From a virus (lineage: Duplodnaviria; Caudoviricetes): a stretch of DNA of 31,656 bases. Made by a program: the position numbers and the translations under genes. The stretch is from the IMG/VR virus record IMGVR_UViG_3300005805_000292, positions 1 to 31,656 of that record; one strand, given 5' to 3'. Shown piece by piece: positions 11,146 to 19,253 of this stretch; the stretch's first letter is position 1; every line of letters starts with the position of its first letter. Below the pieces are notes generated by a model. It ran no database searches, had not been told where the DNA came from, and was given only the letters and a program-made list of their open reading frames with translations.

Positions 11146-11148
11146 ATA
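11141..11148 (+). promoter_or_regulatory. Late promoter TATAAATA upstream of g13
   Basis: Exact T4 late consensus, followed by GGAGAGG Shine-Dalgarno and ATG at 11168. Confidence 0.75.
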
Positions 11149-11167
11149 CTTGGAGAGGTAAAAAGTA

Positions 11168-12016
11168 ATGGCACAACCATCTACTAGGCAAGAACTTATA
11201 GATTATTGCAAAAGAAAACTGGGTGCTCCAGTTTTAGAAGTGAATGTTGCCGACGAACAAATTGAAGATCTAGTAGATGATGCTATACAATTTTTCCAAG
11301 AAAGACATTTTGATGGCGTATATCCAACTTTTTTTAAATATAAAATTACTGAGGAGGATATCAATAGAGGAAGATCTAGGGGAGGAAATAAAGAAGCAGT
11401 TGGTATTGTAACCACGACAGTCACAACAAATATTGTAGGAACTGCAACAACTTTTAAGTATGAAGAAAACAGTAATTATTTACAAGTTCCCCCATCAATA
11501 ATTGGAGTAAACAAATTATTTTTATTTGATGGCGCTAATACAATAACAAGTAGTATGTTTAGCGTTAAATATCAGCTATTTTTGAACGATATTTATTATT
11601 GGGGATCCACTGAATTATTATCATACTCTATGGTAAAAACATACCTAGAGGATCTTGATTTTCTATTAAACACCCAAAAACAAATAAGATTTAATAAAAG
11701 ACAAGATAGATTATATCTAGATATTGATTGGTCATCAGTTAGACCTGGACAGTATATAATTATTGATTGTTATGCTGTTTTAGACCCGAATGATTATTCT
11801 AGAGTTTGGAATGATTCTTTTATAAAACCTTATTTAACATCTCTGATAAAAAGGCAGTGGGGACAAAATTTGATCAAGTTTCAAGGTGTCAAATTGCCAG
11901 GTGGTATTGAATTAAATGGAAGGCAGATTTATGATGATGCTCAAAGAGAAATTGATGCTCTAATGGAAAAAATGTCAAATACTTATGAACTTCCACCTTT
12001 AGATATGATTGGTTAA
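11168..12016 (+). CDS. g13: Neck protein gp13
   Basis: RQELIDYCKRKLGAPVLEVNV; KRQWGQNLIKFQGVKLPGGIELNG. Confidence 0.95.
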   Translation: MAQPSTRQELIDYCKRKLGAPVLEVNVADEQIEDLVDDAIQFFQERHFDGVYPTFFKYKITEEDINRGRSRGGNKEAVGIVTTTVTTNIVGTATTFKYEENSNYLQVPPSIIGVNKLFLFDGANTITSSMFSVKYQLFLNDIYYWGSTELLSYSMVKTYLEDLDFLLNTQKQIRFNKRQDRLYLDIDWSSVRPGQYIIIDCYAVLDPNDYSRVWNDSFIKPYLTSLIKRQWGQNLIKFQGVKLPGGIELNGRQIYDDAQREIDALMEKMSNTYELPPLDMIG

Positions 12017-12020
12017 AACT

Positions 12021-13445
12021 ATGCTTAATCCATTTTTTCAACAAGGTTCTAGGTCAGAGCAAAATTTAATACAAGACCTAATCAATGAACAGTTGAGGAT
12101 GTATGGTGTTGAAGTTTATTATCTACCGAGGAAGTATATTACAGAAAAAACAGTTTTAAGAGAAGTTATAGAGTCTGCATTTGATGATGCTTATCCACTA
12201 GAAGCATATGTAGAAAATTATGAAGGATATGGAGATAATACAACAATTTTATCCAAATTTGGAATTCAAGCAACTCATGAAATGAATTTCATAATTTCAA
12301 AGGAGAGATTTGAAAATTATATTACTCCTTTGATTGAGAATGAACAAAATATAAAATTATCATCTAGACCGAAAGAAGGAGATTTGATATATCTTCCCCT
12401 TGGCGACAGATTATTTGAAATAAAATTTGTAGAGCATGAAAAACCATTCTATCAACTACAAAAAAATTACGTATACCAATTGAGATGTGAACTCTTTAGG
12501 TATGAAGATGAAGTTATTGATGTTGGTATTGGAGAAATAGATGACACTTTAAACGGTGGCAATATTACCGGAGAAGATTCGGATGGAATAACAACCATTA
12601 TTGGACCAACACAAACTCTAACTCTTGTAGGTGTAGGAATAACTGCTACAGCACTTACTGCCATCATAAATGGTGGCATAAGAACAATTACTGTTACAAA
12701 CAGAGGTGGCGGATACACTTCAGTTCCAAGAGTTGGTATATCTTCTGCTCCAAGTGGTGGACTGACTGGTATTGCTACAGCGGTTATGATTGGGGGAATC
12801 GTTGTATGTAATGATAACGTAAATCCAGCAGCTCAATCCGTACAAAGTGTAGAGATAATCAATCCAGGATTTGGATACACAGTTGCACCTAAGATTAGAT
12901 TTATTGGTGGTGGGGGTTCTGGGGCAGCAGCAACAGCATCTATTGGTGATGGAATCGTTGGTGCAATTACAGTAACTAGTGGTGGTTCTGGATATACTAC
13001 CCCTCCAGTAATTACATTTACTGGACTATCAACAGTGTCAGCAGCTGCTACTGCTGTTGTAAGTGCTGCTGGAACAATAACTGCAATAAGAATAACTAAT
13101 GCTGGAATTGGATATACTGAAGCACCAATAGTGACAATAGGATCACCTTCAATGTCTTCAACAGGAGATTTTATTTTTAATGAATTAGTAACTGGTTCAT
13201 CTAGTGGAACTACAGCAAGAGTAAGATCATGGAATTCTGCCACAAATGTTCTTGAAGTTGCTTCTGTTTCTGGATCATTTGCTATAGGAGAGAATATAGT
13301 TGGATCAACTTCAAATGCATCACATCAATTAAGAAAAGTTGATACAAATCCAGTAAATGATGGATATACTGACAATGAGAATATAGAATTAGAAGCGGAT
13401 CAAATTATAAACTTTAGTGAAAAAAATCCATTTGGTATGCCATAA
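12021..13445 (+). CDS. g14: Neck protein gp14 with internal GxGY repeat extension
   Basis: EQNLIQDLINEQLRMYGVEVYYLPR; RPKEGDLIYLPL; FEIKFVEHEKPFYQL; C-terminal FSEKNPFG. ATG at 12021 preferred as start. Confidence 0.92.
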   Translation: MLNPFFQQGSRSEQNLIQDLINEQLRMYGVEVYYLPRKYITEKTVLREVIESAFDDAYPLEAYVENYEGYGDNTTILSKFGIQATHEMNFIISKERFENYITPLIENEQNIKLSSRPKEGDLIYLPLGDRLFEIKFVEHEKPFYQLQKNYVYQLRCELFRYEDEVIDVGIGEIDDTLNGGNITGEDSDGITTIIGPTQTLTLVGVGITATALTAIINGGIRTITVTNRGGGYTSVPRVGISSAPSGGLTGIATAVMIGGIVVCNDNVNPAAQSVQSVEIINPGFGYTVAPKIRFIGGGGSGAAATASIGDGIVGAITVTSGGSGYTTPPVITFTGLSTVSAAATAVVSAAGTITAIRITNAGIGYTEAPIVTIGSPSMSSTGDFIFNELVTGSSSGTTARVRSWNSATNVLEVASVSGSFAIGENIVGSTSNASHQLRKVDTNPVNDGYTDNENIELEADQIINFSEKNPFGMP

Positions 13446-13447
13446 AC

Positions 13448-13474
13448 ATAAATAACTTTTATTATTGTTAAATA
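13448..13474 (+). promoter_or_regulatory. Late promoter boxes ATAAATA (13448) and TTAAATA (13468) upstream of g15
   Basis: Consensus-like boxes in an AT-rich intergenic gap. Confidence 0.55.
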
Positions 13475-13496
13475 ATATTATAAAGAGAGTATAACA

Positions 13497-14498
13497 ATGT
13501 TTGAGTATTTTTATAACGAAATTTTAAGGAGGACCGTAATTTCTTTCGGTACTCTTTTTAATAATATCTCAATTAAACACACAAACTCATCAGACCAAGT
13601 GGTGAGCGTTATAAAAGTACCTTTAGCATATGGACCAACACAAAAGTTTTTAGCAAGATTAAATCAATCTCCAGATTTAAATAAGTCCACGGCAATCACA
13701 CTGCCAAGGATGTCATTTGAATTTACAGGACTTACATACGATCCACAAAGAAAAGTTTCAACAACTCAAACCTTTTTAGCAAAAGATCCTGAAACTGGAA
13801 CAGAGACAAAAAAATCTTTTTTACCAGTTCCGTATAATATGCAGTTTGAACTTAGTATTATGTCTAAGTTGAATGATGATGCTCTTCAGATACTAGAACA
13901 GATACTGCCATATTTTCAACCATCATATAATATAAGTGTAGAACTAGTAGAATCTATAGAAGAAAAGAGAGATATACCCATTGTATTAGAAAATATTACA
14001 ATGCAGGATGATTATGAAGGAGATTTTAACAGTAGAAGAGTTCTACTTTATACCTTAAGATTTACAGCAAAAACATATCTATTTGGACCAGTTACTACTG
14101 CGTCCAAGGATATCATCAAAAAAGCAACTATCAGGTACTCTGCTGGAGAACCATCAGCACTCACTGCAAGAGAAGTTGTTTTCTCAGCAGAACCAAGGGC
14201 GATCAAAAATTATACAGGTATTGTACTTACAAATCTCACTAAGGATATAACAACAGAAGATACCTTAATAACTGTAAATAATGCATCATCTATTAATACA
14301 AATACATATCTAGATATTGAAGGTGAGGAAGTTTATGTCAAGTTGAAGAGTGGTAATGTTTTAACTGTTGAGAGGGGAAGAGATGGAACAACGATAACTT
14401 CTCACCTTTCAGGTGCTGAAGTTAAGTCAATAACATCTGCAGATAATGTATTGGTTGAAGAGGGTGATGATTTTGGTTTTGGTGGAAGTATTTTATGA
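13497..14498 (+). CDS. g15: Tail sheath stabilizer/completion protein gp15
   Basis: FGTLFNNI, KVPLAYGPTQKFLARL, LPRMSFE, QILEQILPYFQP. Confidence 0.95.
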   Translation: MFEYFYNEILRRTVISFGTLFNNISIKHTNSSDQVVSVIKVPLAYGPTQKFLARLNQSPDLNKSTAITLPRMSFEFTGLTYDPQRKVSTTQTFLAKDPETGTETKKSFLPVPYNMQFELSIMSKLNDDALQILEQILPYFQPSYNISVELVESIEEKRDIPIVLENITMQDDYEGDFNSRRVLLYTLRFTAKTYLFGPVTTASKDIIKKATIRYSAGEPSALTAREVVFSAEPRAIKNYTGIVLTNLTKDITTEDTLITVNNASSINTNTYLDIEGEEVYVKLKSGNVLTVERGRDGTTITSHLSGAEVKSITSADNVLVEEGDDFGFGGSIL

Positions 14499-14938
14499 AG
14501 ATGACAAAAAATTTTGATGGTTTAGAAGAAGCATTAAATGTAGAAACTGAGATTGTAAAAGATTTAAAAGAACCCGAAAAAAATACTGAAGAAAAAATAG
14601 AAAAAATATCTTCCGCAATGGAGGATATTAAAAAAGATTATGACTATACTAGAGGAAATCTTTACAGTTTAATTGAAAAAGGTCAAGAAGCAATCAATGG
14701 TATTCTTGAGTTAGCTCAAGAAAGTGAGATGCCAAGAGCGTATGAAGTAGCGGGGCAATTAATAAAAAATGTTGCTGATGCTACAGATAAATTAATGGAT
14801 CTGCAAAAGAAACTAAAGGACGTTGAGGATCAAAAGCAAGTAAAGGGACCAACTAATGTGACAAATGCTTTATTTGTTGGTTCAACGGCAGATTTAGCAA
14901 AACTCTTAAAGAATCAAAAATTAGATGAAAACATTTAA
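14495..14938 (+). CDS. g16: Terminase small subunit gp16
   Basis: DYDYTRGNLY, PRAYEVAGQLIK, NALFVGSTADL; ATGA overlap with g15. Confidence 0.93.
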   Translation: MKMTKNFDGLEEALNVETEIVKDLKEPEKNTEEKIEKISSAMEDIKKDYDYTRGNLYSLIEKGQEAINGILELAQESEMPRAYEVAGQLIKNVADATDKLMDLQKKLKDVEDQKQVKGPTNVTNALFVGSTADLAKLLKNQKLDENI

Positions 14939-15080
14939 ACAGTTTCAAGAAGAGTGGTCTAATAAATATAAAAAGAGTATTGATTGCTCAAATCCAAAAG
15001 GATTTTCTCAACGTGCCCATTGTGCAGCGAGAAGAAAAAGAGCAAAAGGTGAAGAAACTAAATCCAAATCAATTGAATGA
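14925..15080 (+). CDS. 51-aa basic protein with capsid-targeting-like N-terminus (not in ORF track)
   Basis: Manual translation MKTFKQFQEEWSNKYKKSIDCSNPKGFSQRAHCAARRKRAKGEETKSKSIE*. Overlaps the end of g16 and joins the next ORF by ATGA. Confidence 0.8.
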   Translation: MKTFKQFQEEWSNKYKKSIDCSNPKGFSQRAHCAARRKRAKGEETKSKSIE

Positions 15081-16834
15081 AGACCCCAGAGTTCTCCCAT
15101 AAAACACCACATCTAAAAGGGAAACAGCACCAGCTGGATCCAAATCTGACATTAAAGCAATTGGTTCATCACGCAGCGGTTCAATACGTAGACCGTGATG
15201 CTGATGGTGATGTGGATGTTTATGACAACCCAAAGAAAAAAACTCCAGATGAAAGTCCATCATCAGACATTGCGGTTTCTTCTAGAAAACTAATCGCTAA
15301 ACAAAAAGGTGAAATAAAGCATACTAAAAGAGGTATGGCATATGAGGGAAGTCTTCATAAATGGTTTAAGTCATCAAGTTCAAAAGATGGAAAACCTGGT
15401 TGGGTTAATGTTGTGACTGGTGGAACTTGCGCAAGTGATGAACCAGGAGAAGGAACACCAAAATGCGTTTCTTCTGCTAAAAGAGCAAGTATGTCAAAAG
15501 CAGAGAGACTTTCTGCAGCAAGAAGAAAAAAAGCAGCAGACCCAGGACAGCAACAAAAAACTGGAGCTGCAAAACCAACTTATGTTTCAACAGATTCTCC
15601 TAAGAAGAAAATGAAAGAAGAAATGGATCTCCAAGAAGTAAAAGATAAACCAGGTAAAGCTAGTGGTAAAAAAGATGCTTGTTACCATAAGGTAAAGTCT
15701 AGATATAGTGTTTGGCCAAGTGCATATGCTTCAGGAGCACTTGTAAAATGTCGTAAAGTTGGTGCGGCAAACTGGGGAACAAAATCGGAGGAAACTATGC
15801 ACGAAGAAGAAAGATACTGTCCATTATGCGATAAAAGAGAAACAAGATCCGAATGCTCTTACGGAGAAAAAGCATGGGATAAAGTATCCGTAAAAGATGA
15901 AGAATATTCGATGGCAAGATCAGAACTTAAAACGATTGAAGACGCAGTAAGAAGACTTAAAGCAAAAGTTGGTAAAGGAGAAGGTGATCTGGAAGCATGG
16001 GTACAATCAAAGATTACCAAAGCAGCGGATTATATTGATACTGCAGCAGATTATATTGCAAGTGGTGAGATGGAGGAACAAAAGTTAGTTGATAAAATTT
16101 TAGATGATGTTTTATCCGAAAAATGTTGGGCTGGTTATAAAAAGAAAGGTATGAAAACAATGTTTGGAAAAAGATATCCTAATTGCGTAAAAGCAGAGAA
16201 TGTAACTATTGAAGATGCCGATGGAAACACTTTTGCCGAGGTTGTTGATCTAATCAAACCAGAACCAATCAAAGGATTCAAGTCTCAGATGGACGAAGCA
16301 ACAAGACTTCAAGCACAAACTGGAAATGTTGTAGCAGTTACTTTAACTTGGAGAGGAAAATATTATTCTTTGAGGATGTTTTTTCCTCAAATTAAAACTC
16401 CTTCTCGTCAAGAAATTAATGACGAACTTCAGAAAGTTTATCCAGGATCAAAAGTAGTTTATCATACAGTATCCGAATTCACTTCTGGAGAACCAATTAT
16501 TCAAGCATTTGTCCCTCAAGGTGGAAGTTTTGGAAAACTCGGACCAAATAAAAATTATGTAAAACCAATGGGAGAAGAAGTTGAGTTGGAAGAAGAAGGG
16601 CCCTCTCTGTCTGTAGGTAGAGGAGAAAAACTTCCTGTAAGTAGAGGTGGTGGTCTTACCAAAAAGGGAAGAGAAAAATATAATCGTGCTACAGGATCCA
16701 ATTTGCAGGCACCAGTAACTGGAGATGTAAAACCAGGAAGTAAAGCAGCAAAACGTCGTAGAGCATTTTGCTCTCGCAGTAGAAGTTGGAAAGGAGAAAG
16801 GGGATTAGCGGCAAGAAAACGTTGGAAGTGTTAA
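15077..16834 (+). CDS. 585-aa modular Lys/Arg-rich protein, putative head-internal polyprotein
   Basis: Long ORF in operon orientation; basic Cys-containing modules alternate with Glu-rich linkers. Function is inferred. Confidence 0.8.
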   Translation: MKTPEFSHKTPHLKGKQHQLDPNLTLKQLVHHAAVQYVDRDADGDVDVYDNPKKKTPDESPSSDIAVSSRKLIAKQKGEIKHTKRGMAYEGSLHKWFKSSSSKDGKPGWVNVVTGGTCASDEPGEGTPKCVSSAKRASMSKAERLSAARRKKAADPGQQQKTGAAKPTYVSTDSPKKKMKEEMDLQEVKDKPGKASGKKDACYHKVKSRYSVWPSAYASGALVKCRKVGAANWGTKSEETMHEEERYCPLCDKRETRSECSYGEKAWDKVSVKDEEYSMARSELKTIEDAVRRLKAKVGKGEGDLEAWVQSKITKAADYIDTAADYIASGEMEEQKLVDKILDDVLSEKCWAGYKKKGMKTMFGKRYPNCVKAENVTIEDADGNTFAEVVDLIKPEPIKGFKSQMDEATRLQAQTGNVVAVTLTWRGKYYSLRMFFPQIKTPSRQEINDELQKVYPGSKVVYHTVSEFTSGEPIIQAFVPQGGSFGKLGPNKNYVKPMGEEVELEEEGPSLSVGRGEKLPVSRGGGLTKKGREKYNRATGSNLQAPVTGDVKPGSKAAKRRRAFCSRSRSWKGERGLAARKRWKC

Positions 16835-16886
16835 TTCATACCTTTTTCATTACATAAATAATATAAGTAATGAAAAAGGTATGAAT
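16834..16886 (+). promoter_or_regulatory. Perfect 20-bp hairpin covering the endonuclease RBS and ATG, with late promoter ATAAATA (16854-16860) in the loop
   Basis: ATTCATACCTTTTTCATTAC (16834-16853) is the exact reverse complement of GTAATGAAAAAGGTATGAAT (16867-16886). Confidence 0.88.
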
Positions 16887-17288
16887 ACTAAAATTTGTAC
16901 TAGATGTAAAGAAGAAAAATCAAAAGATACTATAAGTTTTCCCCCACATAATAAATGTAAAGATGGGTTAGATAGTTGGTGTAGAAAATGCAGGGCAACT
17001 TACAGAGCAGAAATATGTAGGGGTAAATTTAGAGGACAACTTTCTGACGATGAAGTTAAAAAATTAAAAAAACAAGAAAAGTGTGATATATGTGGAGGAA
17101 ATGATTTTGCTGGTTCAAGAAATAATAAACATTTAGGAAAGGTTTATGCTTTAGTTATGGACCATAATCACGAAAATGGAAAATTTAGAGGTATGCTTTG
17201 TCATCACTGCAATAGAGGTTTAGGAAATTTCAAAGATAATATATCAAATTTAGAAAATGCAATCCTATATTTAAAAAATAGAGGTTAA
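16881..17288 (+). CDS. Free-standing Endonuclease VII-like (His-Me/HNH) putative homing endonuclease
   Basis: N-terminal CTRC...WCRKC zinc ribbon, then CDICG...LVMDHNHENGKFRGMLCHHCNRGLGNFKDN, the EndoVII signature. Confidence 0.88.
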   Translation: MNTKICTRCKEEKSKDTISFPPHNKCKDGLDSWCRKCRATYRAEICRGKFRGQLSDDEVKKLKKQEKCDICGGNDFAGSRNNKHLGKVYALVMDHNHENGKFRGMLCHHCNRGLGNFKDNISNLENAILYLKNRG

Positions 17289-17294
17289 TTGATT

Positions 17295-18941
17295 ATGTCA
17301 AATGATGTTTATCTTGGTAATCCGCTTTTAAAAAAAGCAAATACTCCCATTGAATTTACACAAGAGCAAATCTTAGAATTTGTTAAGTGTAAAGATGATC
17401 CGGTTTATTTTGCAAAAAATTATGTAAAAATTGTTACTCTTGACCACGGACTACAACCATTTAAAATGTATCCGTTTCAAGAAAAATTAGTTAATAATTT
17501 CCATCAACATAGATTCAATATTTGTAAGATGCCTCGTCAGACAGGTAAATCTACAACTGTAGTATCTTTTCTTTTACATTATGCAGTTTTTAACGATAAT
17601 GTAAATATTGGTATTCTTGCTAACAAAGCAGCAACTGCTAGGGAACTATTAGATAGGTTGCAAACAGCATATGAAAATCTACCAAAGTGGATGCAACAAG
17701 GTATTATCTCTTGGAACAAAGGTTCCCTTGAACTTGAAAATGGAAGTAAGATCTTGGCTGCTTCTACTTCTGCTTCTGCAGTTCGTGGTATGTCATTCAA
17801 TATCTTATTTTTGGACGAATTTGCGTTTGTTCCGAATCACATTGCAGACTCATTCTTTGCGTCAGTATATCCAACAATTACTTCAGGTAAAAATACAAAG
17901 GTAATTATTGTATCTACTCCACATGGTATGAATCATTTCTACCGAATGTGGCACGATGCTGAAAAAGGAAAAAATGAATATCTTTACACAGATGTCCACT
18001 GGAGTGAAGTTCCTGGAAGAGATGAGGTTTGGAAAGCACAAACTATCGCAAATACTTCAGAACAACAATTTAAAGTTGAGTTTGAGTGTGAATTTTTAGG
18101 ATCGGTTGATACTCTTATTGCACCGAGTAAACTGAGAACACTTGTTTATGATCATCCAAAAACAAGAAATGTAGGACTTGATGTTTATGTAGACCCAGAA
18201 GAAAATCACGATTATGTGGTTACTGTTGATGTTGCTAGAGGTGTTGGAAATGACTACTCTGCTTTCACTGTTATTGACATAACACAATTCCCACATAAAG
18301 TTGTTGCGAAGTATAGAAACAATGAAATAAAACCAATGCTTTTCCCAAGCATAATTCACGAGATTGCTACAAGTTATAATGAGGCTTTTATTTTATGCGA
18401 GGTTAATGATATTGGGGATCAAGTAGCGAGCATACTTCAATATGACTTAGAATACAAAAACTTACTAATGTGCTCTATGAGAGGTAGAGCGGGTCAGATA
18501 GTTGGACAAGGATTTTCTGGAAAGAAAACTCAACTTGGCGTAAAAATGTCAAAAACCGTGAAAAAAGTGGGTTGTCTCAATCTAAAAACTATGATTGAGG
18601 AAAATAAATTACTTTTGAATGATTATGAAATTATTGCTGAACTAACAACCTTTATTCAGAAGCACAATTCATTTGAAGCTGAGGAGGGTTGTAATGATGA
18701 CTTGGCAATGTGTTTGGTTATATATGCTTGGTTAGTTGCTCAGGATTATTTCAAAGAACTAACAGACCAAGACGTTAGGAAAAGATTATATGAGGAGCAA
18801 AAAAATCAAATAGAACAAGATATGGCACCTTTTGGATTTGTATCAGATGGATTAGATGAATCTAGCTTTGTAGATGGTGATGGTGATAGGTGGTATATTG
18901 ACGAATATGGAGATAGATCTTATATGTGGGATTATATGTGA
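17295..18941 (+). CDS. g17: Terminase large subunit gp17
   Basis: Walker A MPRQTGKST, Walker B ILFLDEFAF, motif III IVSTP, nuclease VDVARG...NDDLAM. ATG at 17295 after GAGG; uninterrupted. Confidence 0.97.
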   Translation: MSNDVYLGNPLLKKANTPIEFTQEQILEFVKCKDDPVYFAKNYVKIVTLDHGLQPFKMYPFQEKLVNNFHQHRFNICKMPRQTGKSTTVVSFLLHYAVFNDNVNIGILANKAATARELLDRLQTAYENLPKWMQQGIISWNKGSLELENGSKILAASTSASAVRGMSFNILFLDEFAFVPNHIADSFFASVYPTITSGKNTKVIIVSTPHGMNHFYRMWHDAEKGKNEYLYTDVHWSEVPGRDEVWKAQTIANTSEQQFKVEFECEFLGSVDTLIAPSKLRTLVYDHPKTRNVGLDVYVDPEENHDYVVTVDVARGVGNDYSAFTVIDITQFPHKVVAKYRNNEIKPMLFPSIIHEIATSYNEAFILCEVNDIGDQVASILQYDLEYKNLLMCSMRGRAGQIVGQGFSGKKTQLGVKMSKTVKKVGCLNLKTMIEENKLLLNDYEIIAELTTFIQKHNSFEAEEGCNDDLAMCLVIYAWLVAQDYFKELTDQDVRKRLYEEQKNQIEQDMAPFGFVSDGLDESSFVDGDGDRWYIDEYGDRSYMWDYM

Positions 18942-19171
18942 TGGAATTAGAAAAACAGATAAAACTGGGTCATCTTTTATTGATGGATAGAAAATGTAGG
19001 TCTTGTGGAGAGGTAAAAAATTTAATAGATGGATTCTATAGAACAAGAAAAAATAGAGGCCCAGTAGCCTCTTCATATTCTTATGAATGTAAAGATTGTA
19101 CTATAAAAAGAGTAATGGCAAATAGAATGGTGAGCAGAGTCTTAGATAAATGGGAATATCCTGATTGGTAG
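18941..19171 (+). CDS. Small zinc-ribbon protein (CxxC...CxxC), 76 aa
   Basis: ATG overlaps the g17 stop (TGATG); KCRSCGEVK...YSYECKDC. Confidence 0.75.
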   Translation: MELEKQIKLGHLLLMDRKCRSCGEVKNLIDGFYRTRKNRGPVASSYSYECKDCTIKRVMANRMVSRVLDKWEYPDW

Positions 19172-19211
19172 ACATTCACGCCAAGTTTCCCCCGTGAAAA
19201 GTATTCTTTTA

Positions 19212-19218
19212 ATAAATA
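19212..19218 (+). promoter_or_regulatory. Late promoter ATAAATA upstream of g18
   Basis: Consensus box 35 nt upstream of ATG 19254; GGAG Shine-Dalgarno at 19244. Confidence 0.7.
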
Positions 19219-19253
19219 TTTTTTAGATAAACTGAGACTTCACGGAGAAAAAC

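Noticed and set aside
16022-16057. Near-duplicate GCAGCRGATTATATT (AADYIDTAADYI)
   Set aside because: A two-copy heptad repeat in a helical module; too short to be an array or element.
17295-18941. Intein or group I intron in the terminase, or in the portal and capsid genes
   Set aside because: These genes are of normal length and uninterrupted, and both endonucleases are intergenic with no room for intron cores.
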